A DNA stretch of 64,000 bases, taken from assembly GCF_002105155.1 (NCBI RefSeq), contig NW_019028995.1, positions 310,001 through 374,000 of the forward strand. Direction: 5' to 3'. The notes below the pieces were generated by a model. That model ran no database searches. It was not told the origin of the DNA and worked only from the letters and a program-made list of their open reading frames with translations. This DNA is from Lobosporangium transversale (lineage: Eukaryota). The translations under genes and the position numbers were made by a program. Shown here piece by piece: positions 12,526 to 26,741 of this stretch (positions are counted from its first letter, which is position 1; every line of letters starts with the position of its first letter).

Positions 12526-13689
12526 ATGCAGCCTTCACTAGTCTCTAATATGCGTCGTCTGATCAACACTAAGCTCCAGCCCACCAGAGCCAAATATGTG
12601 GCACCAAAGGATCAGATCAAGATGTGGAGAATCGTCCGAGGAGACGAGGTAAATGAATATTCAGGACAAGGGAGGGGACCAAAGAAGGCCTTGCAAATTT
12701 TACTTGGTGTACAACCCTGTTTAATTAGAGAGACAGACAGCAACATACTCTCTTTCCTATGCCTTGAAGTTTTTTTTTTTTTTTTTTTTTTGAGCAACGG
12801 GATCAACATATTGACATTGAGTCCTAATGCGTGAGACTGTGGTATGAAAACATACTATCACAAATCCATTGATCTCATTATTAACTATATTATTCATTTC
12901 GATAATGATACTTTCTATACGACTGTTAGGTCTTCATCACCAACGGAAAAGAAAAGGGCAAAACTGGAGTTGTTAAGAAAGTTCTCAGGAGTTTGAACTC
13001 GTTATTGATCACGGAAAAAAACATGGTACGGAAGGAGCATTAAAAAAAAAAAAAAAAAAAAAAAACAACAACAGATTTGCCTAGATATAGAGAGCGAAGG
13101 GTTAAGAACGCCGATTGGATGCATTTTCAGAAAAACTGACCAAGGTCATCGACACAATTGCTCCTGAATCCTACTGGTTATATATATATATACATATATA
13201 GGTTACAAAGCATATTCGTCCCCAGCCCGGAGATCCTACAAAGACGACAAGGGTTCAATTGGAGGCACCTATCCATGTTTCAAACGTATCATTGATTGAC
13301 CCTCAAACAAGGTAAATTCACATCACGTTTTCTTTTAACATCCATGTAACTAAAAAATAAATAAAAAAAATCATTGTGGTCCGACTCTTACAACACTTTT
13401 TTTTTTTATGATGATAAATAGACAACCTGTCAGAACCCATTATCGCGCAGTTATTGATCCTATCAGTGGAAAGTCGGAGCGTAAGCGCTTTGTGGTTGGC
13501 ACGGAGCTGGAGATTCCAAAGCCAAAAGCTGATATTGCTAAATACAAGTTGGAGCGCGTAGAAAGTCCAAAGGATACATCTCCTCAGCTCGCTAGAGAAG
13601 TGACCTTTATTCCTGACATTAATATTCCACCGTTCCCTAGTAGTAGTATCCTCGATGAGCTCAGGAACCCATATTCCAAGCATCGTTAA
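12526..13689 (+). CDS. MRPL24: Mitochondrial large ribosomal subunit protein uL24m, 4 exons
   Basis: Spliced WRIVRGDE|VFITNGKEKGKTGVVKKV (KOW motif)...EAPIHVSNVSLIDP...PPFPSSSILDELRNPYSK. Exons at about 12526-12648, 12930-13025, 13202-13311 and 13422-13689. Confidence 0.9.
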
Positions 13690-14480
13690 AAAAGAATAGA
13701 AAAAAAAAAAAAAAAAGAACCAAGACTTTAAAAAATTTAGAAGTAATTCACGGTATAACATATTAGGAGGAAGGGATTTAGAGCATTTATTATTTCACGA
13801 TTGAGACAACAGGCGAAGACAACAGGTATTTGGCGACTGGTGATAGAGAACAGACAACTGGAATGTTGATTTGGTCGTCTATAAAAAAAAAAAAGATTTT
13901 TCATATTTGTACACAAGCACAAAAATTAACCGGTTGAGAATAAATAAATAAATAAAAAAAGAACACAGAGATCGTGTAGAGTTAGATCTGTGAATAACTC
14001 GCTTCAACTGCTGCACGGAATGTTAGTGAGCATGCAGTGAGCATGCATGGGAGAACAAAAAAGAGATGGATATTGCTCCATAAGCATGAACATAAGCATG
14101 TGCAGGTGTGACACTTAATAGGGTAATTCTCTGCACATGTCTACATGACATTCGTGAGTCACTAGAAAAAAAAAAAAAAAATTGTGACACCTGCATTTAA
14201 GGCTTTTTTTAATGTCTTCTATGTGTATAATGTGAATACTCTAAACTGAACGTTATGGGCAAAATACTATGATCCAGGGCAATAAAGGATACTATGCAAT
14301 GAAGTGTTTGAACAATAAAAATGCTTCCATGAACAAGAAAAAGAAAAAAAGTGACAGCACGGAGTGAAAAAGAGAGAAAAGAGGGGGTATAGGCACAATT
14401 GTCCATTGTGCTGATCAGCCTTGAAAAATGGCTCGGAAATCCTGCTTGATTTGATCGATCAGTCCGACAATCGATTTGCT

Positions 14481-14723
14481 TTACTTGCGGACATTTGGGG
14501 TCCAGTAGACGACCTCGTCCTTCAAGAGAACAGCAGCACCTGCAACGACGATACCGCCTCCGAGAACGGTATAGGCAGCGGCCTTGGCAGTCCTTGAGCC
14601 ATTAGCAGTTGCGGGCATGGCATTCTGTGCGATCGAAGCAGCGGCATTTGCCTTTGAGGACTGAGAGATGAATCGACGGGCAACAAAGGCCTTGGGAGTA
14701 ACAGCGCGGATTGAAGGCAACAT
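14481..14723 (-). CDS. Small (80 aa) probable mitochondrial membrane protein of unknown function
   Basis: Arg/Ser/Ala-rich N-terminus free of acidic residues (MLPSIRAVTPKAFVARRFISQS), one hydrophobic helix, and a GC-rich codon-biased ORF in AT-rich surroundings. Confidence 0.65.
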   Translation of the reverse strand: MLPSIRAVTPKAFVARRFISQSSKANAAASIAQNAMPATANGSRTAKAAAYTVLGGGIVVAGAAVLLKDEVVYWTPNVRK

Positions 14724-15813
14724 GGCTATGTATTTGATTTTAATGTAAGGATGAGAGGGAAGAGGATAATAGAGAAAGGATGTGGTTGTTATAGATCTTT
14801 TCAGAAACCGAGTAAATCGTCAGAAGGAAAGAGAAGAGATGCGCTGCTTTTTATAGCCCTTCAAGATTTTTTTTTTTTTTTTTTTTTTTTTTAGCGGAGA
14901 TATATTTTCAACATGATAACGCAACGCAAAAAGGAATTTACACCAGTAGTCATAATCCATGAACAAGATTTTCATGTACGGCTCTGCGCATCGAGTCTTC
15001 GCGTACATGCTCTATAATATTCCATAAATAGCGCCAAGCAAATCAAACAACATCGCAGGCCACTCCATTCGTTGATGTGGAAGGCCAGTGATGAGCAAGT
15101 CGTTCCACAATTAAATCGGCTCTTGTTCTGCCCACGTTGTTATGTAAGTGGTCCAAGACAGTAAGTGGTCGACGGACTTTTTATTTTATTTTTATGATGA
15201 TAAGGAGGAAGAGAGAGGGGGAAAGGAGAGAAAGAGAAAGGAGAAAAAGGAAATCACCCTGCCTATATCAACTACAAGGGTTCGCTTTTGCAATTGCATT
15301 CTTGGAGATGTGAATGATTGTCTTATCAATTTTATGTGAACAGACAGACAATAAAGAAAGTGGGTCCAAAAAGACTTTGAGGATGGGGCACAGGCGGAAA
15401 TGTGGGGAATGGAGAAAATACGTTGATCTGTGGGGACAGCCTTCAAACGTTCAAGGATATTTTATAGCCCCGACTTATCACATCTACTACAAATATATAT
15501 ATACGTATAATATCAATGCGGTTCAACTTAAGCCATAACAATAACAATAACAATAGCAATATTAATAACGCCATCAACCCCAACAATGACAACGATAGCA
15601 ACAATATTATATAACACAGCAGAAGCAGTCGACATTAATAACCAGCCCTGTTGTCATCATTCGATCGACAGACCCCCTGTGCTCCGCATAGGATACAGAT
15701 ACAGAATACAAAAAATTGTTGTGTCAATCACGAATCTACAGTATAAACGCGACCTTCATATTTATACATTTTCTACATGTATTTTTGTTTTTTTAAACAG
15801 GACAACAAGCAAA

Positions 15814-18231
15814 ATGACACTGTCCAAAAGCACAGCACTAGCCATCACTGCCAAAGAGTTTGCAAGATGGCTCTCCCCATTATACAGTCGACAAAACAGC
15901 ATTGCTTCATGCTTGGAGCAAGGTCTACCAAACAATGAAAGACATAAAAGTCATTCCATGGATCAGAATCCCACTGACATTCATCAATCTCGTCTAGAGT
16001 CCAAGGACCACAACATTGCTATAGCTGTCTCTGGTGGTGTTGATAGTATGGCTCTTGTAACACTGTTGGCAAAACATTATTATCCTACACAAGATAGAAC
16101 TAAACAACAACAGCTTCATACTGTCCCTACAAAGCTACATGCCTTAATTGTCGACCACAAACTAAGAGATGGCAGTTCTGAAGAGGCTGCCTTTGTTGCA
16201 CAACAGGTGCAAAGACTGAGTATGTTGTTATGGTACACTGGATTTGACCAGAAAGGAAATCTGTGAACCTATTGTTGTTACTATGACTATTGTTATAATT
16301 ACTATTATTATTATTTTATACTGAAAGCTAAACTGTTGAACGATATCCAGATGTCACCCCGCATGTACTTACGTTGGATTGGATTGCCAAAGACAAAAAC
16401 AGTGGCCAGAACCAAAACCATCAGAATGATGATAATGATGAGATTTACCAGCTTAATAGACCTAGTAAAGTTCACCTCGAGACTAGAGCGCGCGAGGAAC
16501 GATATAGGGTCATTGCTCAAAAGTGTCACGAACTTGGAGTCAGAGATTTGTTTGTGGGTCACCATTCTGGTGATCAGGTTGAGACTGTCATCTTTCGGTT
16601 CGCAAGAGCTAGTGGCATTGATGGCCTTGCAGGGATCCAAGAAGATACCCCTTTAAGCGTTGTAAACGTACCAGAAGGTTTAAATATCCAAATCATCAGA
16701 CCACTTTTAAAAGCTACGAAAGTAATTAATTGAAAACAAAGGAATGACCGTTGAATAGACGGAAAAGACAGGAATCAACCATCATAGGACTAGAGTTTCT
16801 AATTTATATCATTTTATATCATTTATATCTTTCAGGACCGCCTGAAGGCAACATGTAATGAAGCAGGAACCCGATGGGTTGAGGACCCTTCGAACAAGTC
16901 ATTGGATTATCAACGGAATGTCATCCGGCATTTTCAGCAGGACATAGATGCGTGTGTCGAGAAGGACCCAAACTCGGAGCTGAGTCCTTTATCATCGAAG
17001 GCTTGGTTGGAATTCCGTGCAAGGATGGATCAACATCGGCGAGCGGCCTGGGATCAAGGTAACATCTATGTGATTCCAGAGTAATTATTTATTACTATTA
17101 TTATTATTTCATTATCATAATTACCATATCATCATTATAATAGAAAATGACCTAGTCATATTTTCTGCTCTATCAATATTAGTGAGACCATGGTTACGGA
17201 ACATCTTCTTTGATTCTGCAAATGGTGTCTGCTATGTAAAATTGCAGGCGACCAGCACTTCAGAGGATGCTATAAGAAGTACATCGATTCCTACAAAAGT
17301 GGAATGGTTGGAGAGATCCCAGAATCATGTGGCCATGCGCCTTGTCTCCTATTTAATACACTGGGTGAACTGTAAAGACCACGCTCCCCGTTCCGAAGAT
17401 GTGCAGATGTTGTTGAAGCAACTGAAAAAACCTTATTCTGTTATTGGCTCTTATTTTGAAGCAACTCGTATGAAAAGCGTCTGTGATAGCTCAACAAAGT
17501 CTATACAGAAAAAGAAGCGCGCTTCCAATCGTTCATCTGCTGCCCGACAACAAGATATATCATCAAAGTTCGCCATAGCCATGACTGACAGTCATTCTGA
17601 AGCAATGTCACTTCCGCCCATCAATTTAGCAGGCGTGCAATTCTCCCCACCAAGAAGCACAAAGGGCCTCCCTGATTACTGGACCCTTGCTCGGCAACCA
17701 ATGTCCCGTGCCGATCGAAAAGCCGTTACGATAGCATTTTCGATAGGGGGCGATAATGAAGAAGCTAAGAGAGACATTTTCTTTGATGAGAGTAAACAGA
17801 GCAATGAAGTTAACCTGCTTTGGGATCAACGTTTTTTCCTCAAGATACAAAGCAGTAGCTTTAGAAGCGTTCCCAATGCTCCATCAAGGGGTCGGATATA
17901 CATAAAGCCGATGCGTCAGGAGGATGCATCAATTATTCAAAAACTAGAAGCATCCGGCCAGCTGGAGCAATCAAAGACGATAGATCTCCATACATGGATG
18001 ACGGCTGTACCAGGCAGCTGTCGGTTTACTGTCCCTGTTGTTTACCTAGAAGGCAACAGCGGCGATACCGGGGCTGAGCCAAGAAGCCAGATGTTTTTGT
18101 CCTTACCCACCCTGGGCCTTCATATGAAGGCTTCGCCATTTGCCATCCAAAGTTACTTCAAATCCAAGCACCCAGTGGACGGACCAGATATGGCTTGTTT
18201 AAAAGAGGCATTCAGTAAAATGTTGAAGTAG
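15814..18231 (+). CDS. tilS: tRNA(Ile)-lysidine synthase-like PP-loop ATPase, 4 exons
   Basis: Motifs IAVSGGVDSMAL, LIVDHKLR..S.EEA, ETRAREERY, GHHSGDQVETVIFRFARASGIDGLAGI, IIRPLL and WVEDPSN. Introns at about 16220-16350, 16722-16835 and 17059-17182. The true start is uncertain. Confidence 0.88.
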
Positions 18232-18352
18232 ATGTAGACAAAAAGAAACACCTTTATTTGAAAACAATATTAATAATGAATGAAAGAGGGAGTAAGAGTG
18301 CATATATAGTATATAGAGGAGAGTATAGGGGATCGGACGGTATTTATTAACT

Positions 18353-21185
18353 TTATGGAGCTATACAGTCGGGTATCTTGATCTTGAGGTTCCCGTCCTT
18401 GTCAAAAAGACCCCAATAGGGTTCGACAGGAACCTTGGGATCGTTCTTCCATGGCTCATCCTTATATTCGAACCAATAATCTAAAATGTCAATAAAAAAA
18501 TAAAAAAAAAGCATCATAAAGTCAAGAGAGTTATTAGACCGTATCGACAAGTTGTACCAAAAGATAAGAGAGAATAAACAATAAGACTTACATGGAATGC
18601 CTTGTTGGTTGGCTTCACAAATAAATGTGTCGATCATGGTTTGCAGATTGGCCACGCCAGGGACAGCATAAGTTTCTAGAAGGAGGGTATAGAAAGAAAG
18701 AAAAGTGTGCTGTCAGTATGAACCTTATGATTAGGGACCAAAAAAAAAAAAAAAAAAAAAAGAATTCTTACGGTATATTGCGCTGGCAGGTGCGGAAGGC
18801 CAACCAACCTCCGAGATAGCACCTTTGAGGCCAGTCTTTGTTGGGTTCCCTAGTATAACATCGTTATATTGCTGGATGGTCCAGTTGGCAGCTTCCGAGA
18901 CAGCAGTGCCTGCAAAGTAAGGATGCAAGTTACCAGAAAGCTCGTCGGAGACTGCTGCCAACTCCGAGTTCAAATTGTTTCCAATCTCAGATGTAAAGAT
19001 TGGGATGGACTTGCCATAGCGGCTCTTGACAGTGTTGCGAACATCAGTCATCAGATTTGATAGTGCGGTCAGATCCATATCCTTTCGGAACAATACCTCA
19101 TTCCCCACACTGATACCCTGGACCATGTCAGTACCATAAGTATCCAGAACCTTGAAAAGGGTATTGTATTGACGTTCCACCGTTCCAGTATTGTTGTCAA
19201 CCCAGAGTGTCAAAACTACTTTCATGGTCTTATTGAGGTTTAATGCGTTGATGGCCTGGAAGGTCAAATCAGCTTGCTGACAGTCCATACCATATAGGCG
19301 AATGCGGTTTGTCAACTGCGACATGATGATTATGTCATCAACTACATTCTGGAGCGTGACACCGCACCAGGGCATGAGTGATTTTGCGGGATTGTAATCA
19401 AGGCCATAGAACGACTTGCGCAAGTTCGGATTGGGTGTAAACTGTGTAATAGGAGGCATTGTATTCGTGGGCCTGTCCGGATCCCTAGATGCCAAGGCCG
19501 AAACAAAAAACATTGTCAGTATATCTCCTTTTATTTTGAAAAAAAAAAAAAAAAAAAAAAAAAAGAAAAAGAAACATAACGGAAACAAGACATAGGACGA
19601 GGTTCACATACAATGGGGGAGCTAGACCATCGACTTTGCCCTTTCGTGTGATAAATCCAAGAACAATACCTGCAATGACAGCGATGAAGGCTAGGAGTCC
19701 AACCACACAGCAGATGCCGCGCCATTTACGACTTGCCCTGTTCTTGCGCTTAAGCCACTCGCTCTTCTCAAAGAGTATGGATGAGGAAGGATTTGAAAAT
19801 TCTGTTTCAGCAGAGTTATAGCTCTCCTTGTTGTGCTCTTTTGTAACCATTGCAGCTGATACCAATTCCATCTTCTTTGAGCTGCGGATGGATCCATCAT
19901 GAGCTTTGACCTGCATAGGCCGTGGCGAAGAAGCAGCTAAGAGTCGCTCGCCTTTGGCATTCAGCTCAATATCGAGGGCACTACTACTACTCGCAAATGA
20001 TGAAGTGTTGGAGTTTCGACGTGACGACTTTAGGGAACGACGACCTGGTTGAATAAATACGGGCTTGGGCTTCTCTAGATGCTTAGTGTCGGTAGTAGTA
20101 TTGATTTCGTCTTCATCGTCCCCATTCAAGACATCGTACAACTGCTCGCGGCTGGTGATCCCTTCTGAACTTTGCAGGACAGATAAATGAGTCAAAACTG
20201 GCGCAACACTAGAGGCCCTTGAGCCCCTTCCAGAGCCATTGTTATGCGACGTTGTTGCGCTTTCCAACTGTTGCTGCGAACTTTCCAACTGTTGCTGCGA
20301 ACGTGGTTGGCGTAGTGAAGGAGCAGAGGATCGCTGAGTTAAGGATTGTTGACTTGAAGACGCCCTTAACCTTGCATCGACTGCCGCAAGGACATTGGGT
20401 GCCATGACAGGGGAACTGTCGGGATAAAAACACACCGAATCTGGCCGGAGGGTCCCTGGGGTTGAGTATCGAGGAGTGAGTTGATGCTGAGATAAGGGAT
20501 TGTTAGGACCTAAAGGCGGGAGATACTGCTGTTGCTGTTGTGAGGACATAGCAGAGGCTTGCGTGGTCGCAGAAGCGTTTGGTGGTGAGGACCTTGATGG
20601 GGAGAGATGTGAAGAGGCTAGCGATGCAGAGATTGGATGTATAGCTGAAGAATGATGGGTATTGGACATAAAGATTGGTGCCGAACGAAATTCGCGTGGG
20701 TCTCCTCCACTTCCTCGCTCTGCCACAACTGCTGCTGGCGCTTCTGAGATATTCTTTTCGGCCATGTTCACTACCGTTGATAGTCCTGGTTCTGAAGCGT
20801 CCTGGCTGAGTGGTGCCAACGACGGTATTGGCGCGCTCGAAATAACGTTGATAGAGTCTGATCGGGTTGATGGTCGATGACGTGACGTGAACAGTAAGCC
20901 CCTATCAAACACCATCTCTTCCTCTGGTGTTGTAGGTACAACATTTCTTCTATGGCTTCCTTCTTCAAAACGTGAATAATGATCCGAGGAATCAAGTGAA
21001 TTATTGAAAGCAGGTACTTTTAATTGTCCGCTATTTTTTGGTAATGATGATGGATCTCTAGGGTTGTCGCTTGAACTGGAGGAAGATACATTATCTATGG
21101 GCAATGTGGATGATGTAGGCTTTGAGATTGCTTTTAGGCTAGACGAGGGTTTTCTCAGAGATGTGTCAACTTCTGTTGGTTTCAT
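18353..21185 (-). CDS. btgC: Membrane-anchored GH17 beta-1,3-glucanase/glucanosyltransferase (BtgC-like), 4 exons
   Basis: Long disordered N-terminus, a TM helix, then SFYGLDY.P, IRLYGMDC, ISVGNEVLFR, NLHPYF, ISEVGWPS and EPYWGLFD. Both GH17 catalytic Glu motifs are present. Confidence 0.88.
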
Positions 21186-23239
21186 GACTAAAGGAGAAAG
21201 ATTGGGAAGGGAAATAGATGAGCACGTCCCTTGGTTTATTAATTAATGATGCACAGAAAAAAAGGAGATGTTATTAGGAAGAAATGTTCAGCGACGATAT
21301 GAGGACAGAATGCTAGAGAATGAAGGCATAAAGGTCAATGGACAAGTAAGGTGAGAAGAAATGGTAAAGAAAATACCTTAGGAAAGGCAGGAGATGAGAA
21401 AGAATGATAAAGAATTGTCGAAAGAAAATAATGATGACTAAATTAAGAGAAAAAGATGTCTGAAAATGTGTAACATGCGACGTAGAAACAGGGACAGCCA
21501 TCCAAATGAACTAAATAAAATATTGTTGAAGCTCACTTTTTTGTTCTCAGAAAAGGTGAGAGGCCAGATTGATTAATAAATCTTGGCTTGCAAGATAGTA
21601 CCGACATCAATAAGAAAAGCTGAGGCTTTTGATTGTTTGTTCAATGATTCCATTTCTTGTCCATTAGCAGGCATCGTTAGGATCTCATCCATAACATCGA
21701 CGACATGGTGAAAAGCATTACCAAAAACAAGATAAACAAGGCTGCACATTTAGACTCATGAACAAGCTGCATACGCAGCAAATCAGAACAAACGTGCCTT
21801 AATCTTATGCAGGAACTGGACAAATTAATGAGCGTCACTCGCAAATGAACGATGTAATGCATATTTTGCTTGTCAACGATTAGCAACTTTAGAAATATCT
21901 ATAATTTTTATCTAAATATTTCACCTCACATCAACATCCCGTCACTTTATACATCGATGCTCTCTCTCGCTGTTTCGTCATTAACACTTTTGAAAACACA
22001 ATAAACAATTACCTCTAAAAAATAGCTGATTCAAATGTTTTGCAAATACAAATGTGTCAAATTTGTACTTGTGTTATCTTGACAGTGTGCCACAATTTTG
22101 TTGGACCCATTTTTATCTGAGGTTGAACTCAACACAATGTTGTCATGATGATGAGAATATATTTGTAAGTTCAAATCTCCAAAATGTCAAGAGACAAAGT
22201 GATGTTCAAGACTTATCGTTGTCTTTATCAACTTTTAAGACTCTTGATCTTTCTTTTTTCCTTTTTTTTCTTTATCTACGCTAATGTCTATCAATAATTG
22301 TGAGCCAATAAGATTTGGATGGCAAAACGTTGTCCGGCTCATTGGGGTGCTGCGTGGGGACAAAAGATTCCTTGAGGGCTCACCTCTTTAATCTAACAGT
22401 TTGTGCTTCCCCATATGATTCTTTGATTCACATTTTTTAATTGTAACTGGGATAAATATGGGGGCTCATTTTGCTATAGAGAAGCCCATGTCCAACAGAC
22501 ATCGCAAGGACCCAATGCTTGCCTTTTTCTTTTTGTTCAGCGTTACCAATGGCTGTGCTGACGCTATTGTTTCTTCCCTGGGAACTTTGATCATGGGCAA
22601 TTGGTTCGAGTATTAGAGATCCTGCATAACAATTAAGATTAAACAAAATGTAGGCACAGCACAACATGTCACTCACATTAACACGTGCTAAAATTAAAGC
22701 CCAAAGTGTCTTTCATCTCGACAGCTACGGATACATTTCGCGCATCTGAAGGTGAGGATCTTGCTACTCGTTTCCACTCCATTTTTTTTACCTGGCTCTC
22801 ACCATCTCTAATAGATTCTCTAAATCAATGCTACGCCACGATGATGGAAGCGCTTTTGAAGCCATCACATTCCTCTATCGAGCTTTCATACCTTTTCATA
22901 GCAAACTGTCCATCAACCCTATGGAGGCGAATTTTTCCCTTTACAGAATATCAATCGAAGATGCCCAGGGCATAGAGTTTCTGTACTCTTCTAGATGAGA
23001 AGCATAGGTCTACAAGAAGTATATAATATTGGACGAAGCGCTCGCTTCTTCTCCTTGGACTGCGTTGCTGTTACGCCCAAGCGTGCTTGCAATTTCCGAA
23101 ACGATATACGTTGGAATAAACTCGGTCAAGATAAGAACACCTGATATTGAAAGATACAAGTATTTAAACAATTCAACGCGTTCTTGCATTTCATTGAATT
23201 CATTGGATTCATAATATTATGGATGTCGCATTATCATTG

Positions 23240-23285
<46 letters not shown>

Positions 23286-23456
23286 CGTAGAAGATGGGTT
23301 GTCAAACCGCCATCTTATTTTACTTTGCTATCTTTAAACATAACGCACAGACAAATGAATCCATTTCTAGTTTTTATTTATTTATTTATAATTCTAATTC
23401 TATTTTAGTAATGAGGACAGGCAATCCATTCTTGGCAAAGGACAATGTACGAGTTT

Positions 23457-24158
23457 TTACTGGATCTGGATATCAGCGCAAGAAGTGTACCATTCATTCT
23501 TGTTCAACATCCAGCGCCATTGCAACTGATAGATACCAGGACGGCGCTTAGGAACATCGAAGCATCCACCGCAAGTACGACGATCCTCGTTCCTACCGGG
23601 ATTGCAGTTCTTGTAAGGCAAGAGAGCAACAGTGTTCTTAAGCAATTCCTGCTGGTTCAGCTCCAGACCAGCTCTGGGCGCCAAGTTAATCTGGACCATA
23701 TTGTTAGGTTCATTCTTCTTGGCGTGGTTCTTAGAAGGCCAGCGGACACACAGCCTCTTGCCGACGGAGGTCACGGTCATACGACCGTATCTACCACCGT
23801 AGGCATCCTGAGGGCGGCGAGCACGGGTCTCATCCGAACCCACCTCGACACCGTGCTTCCTGTCAGAGCAGGCAATAGCCCTGTTGGGGGCGGGGTTACT
23901 GTGGGTTTGCTGGTAGTGGCGTGAAGGCCAGGCGACATCCAGGGAGCCAAATTCCTTGTCTTTAGGGAAACGGCGGGGATATCCCATGCAGTAGCCTCGA
24001 CTGCTGGAAAAGTCCAATTTCTTGGATCTGGGGTTCTGGTTCTTAAACCTCCAGTCAATGCAGTCAGCCCAAGAATGGGCCTCGGCCTGAGGAGTATAGG
24101 AAGAGAAAACCGCCATAGTGGCGACAAGAAGGAAGGTGAAGGAAGACTTGAGGACCAT
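23457..24158 (-). CDS. Secreted His1 protein, LPMO-like, paralog 1 (intronless)
   Basis: The signal peptide ends AEA|HSW. A second His lies in WPSKNH, the C-terminus reads YQLQWRW...EWYTSCADIQI, and there are multiple Cys. Confidence 0.8.
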   Translation of the reverse strand: MVLKSSFTFLLVATMAVFSSYTPQAEAHSWADCIDWRFKNQNPRSKKLDFSSSRGYCMGYPRRFPKDKEFGSLDVAWPSRHYQQTHSNPAPNRAIACSDRKHGVEVGSDETRARRPQDAYGGRYGRMTVTSVGKRLCVRWPSKNHAKKNEPNNMVQINLAPRAGLELNQQELLKNTVALLPYKNCNPGRNEDRRTCGGCFDVPKRRPGIYQLQWRWMLNKNEWYTSCADIQIQ

Positions 24159-26741
24159 GATGAAAATGATTAAATGAAAATGAAAGCTGTTTTACACGGG
24201 GTATAGAGAAGGTTTGAGTAAGGAAGGAAGGATAGGGGTTAGATGCTAGGTAGTGTAGCGTGGGGGGAGTAAACAATGCAGAAGCAAGTTGAGAAGAGGA
24301 AAAGACGAGGAGCAAGAGAAAAAAAAAAAAAAAAAAAAAAAAAAGTCTTAGGGTGGAGGAAGTCTTCAATATTTATAATAAAGTCTACAATACTGATAAT
24401 CCTGGGGGATAAATGTGAATATCTTTTTTTCTGGTGGTCTTGTGGTTGACAAAAATAACGCTTAAAAGCTGTTATGAATTGACCGGTTCAGCATTATGGC
24501 ACTAGGGTACAACACATGTACACATACACCTATCTGATCTGGAATGTTCAACAAACCTTGTAAGTTTTTCGAATAGTCTTTTGTGCTTTTGTTTTTTACT
24601 TCCTCCCTTTCTTTTGCTCATATGGAAGGTAGTCTCATTTTAGGTCGCATGCATTGACAGGCAGTATAATATGAGCCACTGGGAGTAGCTGTCTCCTGAA
24701 CCAAGATTAAGTGAGCTTTGGCGCCTTAGGCTTTCTATTTCCATTTTGGCAAGAAATGAAATCGTCGTGACTTCCGCAAAAAAGCTGTTTATTTTTACTT
24801 TTTCGGTTTGTAGTTTTTTGTTTCTTCAGAATGAGCACTAGGAGTTGCCGACCTTGATTGGAACATATTACGATTATACTGACTTTTATTAGCAAAAAGC
24901 AAGGACTGAATATATAACACTTCCTTTCACTCGCATAAAACTCTACTTGAATGTACATGTAGCATAGGTTTACAGCTCATAGATTAAAAACCCATGGCAT
25001 TTGTGGGATAAATGGCAATGTGTCTGTGTATGCTACAACATCCATGATGTTCCTTGCTGTGCAGTTCCGTTTCATCATCCAGATTTTTAATCGTGTCACC
25101 AATTCAATCTTGATTTTCATCCCTTGCCCTCTCTACAATAATCTCTGTCCATTTCTGTCAACTCTGGGACAGCTGATCAATTCTAATCTAGCAGTCTAGG
25201 CCTTTTTTGTTATCATTTACAGGTGCTCAAACAAGATATGCTTTATTTGAGCACAAGTTGCTTACAGAAACCGTTTTATGCAAACAAACAAGCAAAATAA
25301 AAAACTCTATCCCTCCAACGAGTTTGTGAACTTCTTTCTTTTCCAGAACACCAATGATGGGAATTCATTTTATTCATATACTTGCTTTCTATAAGACCGT
25401 ATGACGGAACCTATGAATGCTGGTAGGATTTTTGTCTTTTTTCCTCTCAAGACAGTAGTCATTTATGTACTGTATAGCAATGGAAGCAAGATACATCTGC
25501 CTTTATTAAAAACAACTCCAATTTTGATTTTGCAGTCTATTCATGCATTCCTACGAGTTTTTTTTTTCTCGTCCTATCGTGTTTACAATGTATATATATA
25601 TTTTATAGTATGGAGGAAGAACACGAAGCGGAAATAACAGCCAAAGCGTTCATTAATTAATTAAAGTATGTCATGATTCGGCCCATCTAGAAGAACACCC
25701 TTTTTTTTCTTTTTCTTTTTCTTAGATAAAATAAACAATGAGGCTCATTTCAACATTGCAGCGAATATGTTGGATGAAGTGGGAAACAAAGAGGTGGAAG
25801 AACATGGCGATTTGCCTAGACTTTGTAGACTTGTTTCTGGGAGGACATGATAAAACTTTACATTGAATAAAGTAACAGCGGGAGCTTAATTCGCACTCCC
25901 ACATGGATTAAGAATATATATAATTAGGGTGCTGTATTTTGAAGCTCGAACAAAGCTCCAGGCAAAGGAAATAAGGAGCTGCAATGGTAATGCATTTCGG
26001 CATATAAAATGTATAGCAACTTTACATCTCTATATATATATACTATCTGTGGCCTTTTATATATATTTATAGATTCAGATTCATGCTTTCACCCTTGTTG
26101 TAGTCAATAACGTCGGGGCCGATACGCGCGCATGCATTTCACAGCAAAGTGAACTAAAAATAAAAATCTGATTCTATTGAGCAGTGATCGAACCTACCAA
26201 ACGGTCACAATAACTCATCTTCCTTCGTGCTCCTTGTGAAACAGAGGATCATCTCTGACGCGTTATAGTTCTAGAAATCCTAGGACCCTTGGTTTAATTT
26301 CATTACCCATCGAGTCAGGACCATAAAGGTAGTCTTCTCTTATTGCCAAATAATGCGACAATCCAGAAACTACCCTTAATAATAGAAGTGAATAAAATAA
26401 AATCTGCTCTGCTACCAAATGGATCTGCATCTTCTTGATAGTGAGCCAGGACGTGAAGAAAGAAAGTGTGGGAACAGAGGATGGGACATGTATGGCCCTG
26501 GCTCTAAGATAATAAGCCAAAGTTGTCATGTTATTCAACTTGGCTAACTACTTCCTTTCATTATTAGTCTATGATAGTGTGATTGAACACCCATGCTTCT
26601 ACTTTACTTCTTCATTGGCTACCTTTGGAACAACAATGGTGGTCAGATAAGATGATATTGTATTTATTCTTAGATTGAAGTTTTTTTTTTTTTTTTTTTT
26701 TTTTTTTCATTGTTACTTCAGTTTATGTTCTTCAGCCAGGT

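Noticed and set aside
22685..23214. Coding-like GC patch and short ORFs
   Set aside because: The frames I translated are short or interrupted by stops and show no recognisable family. It may be a decayed gene but cannot be supported.
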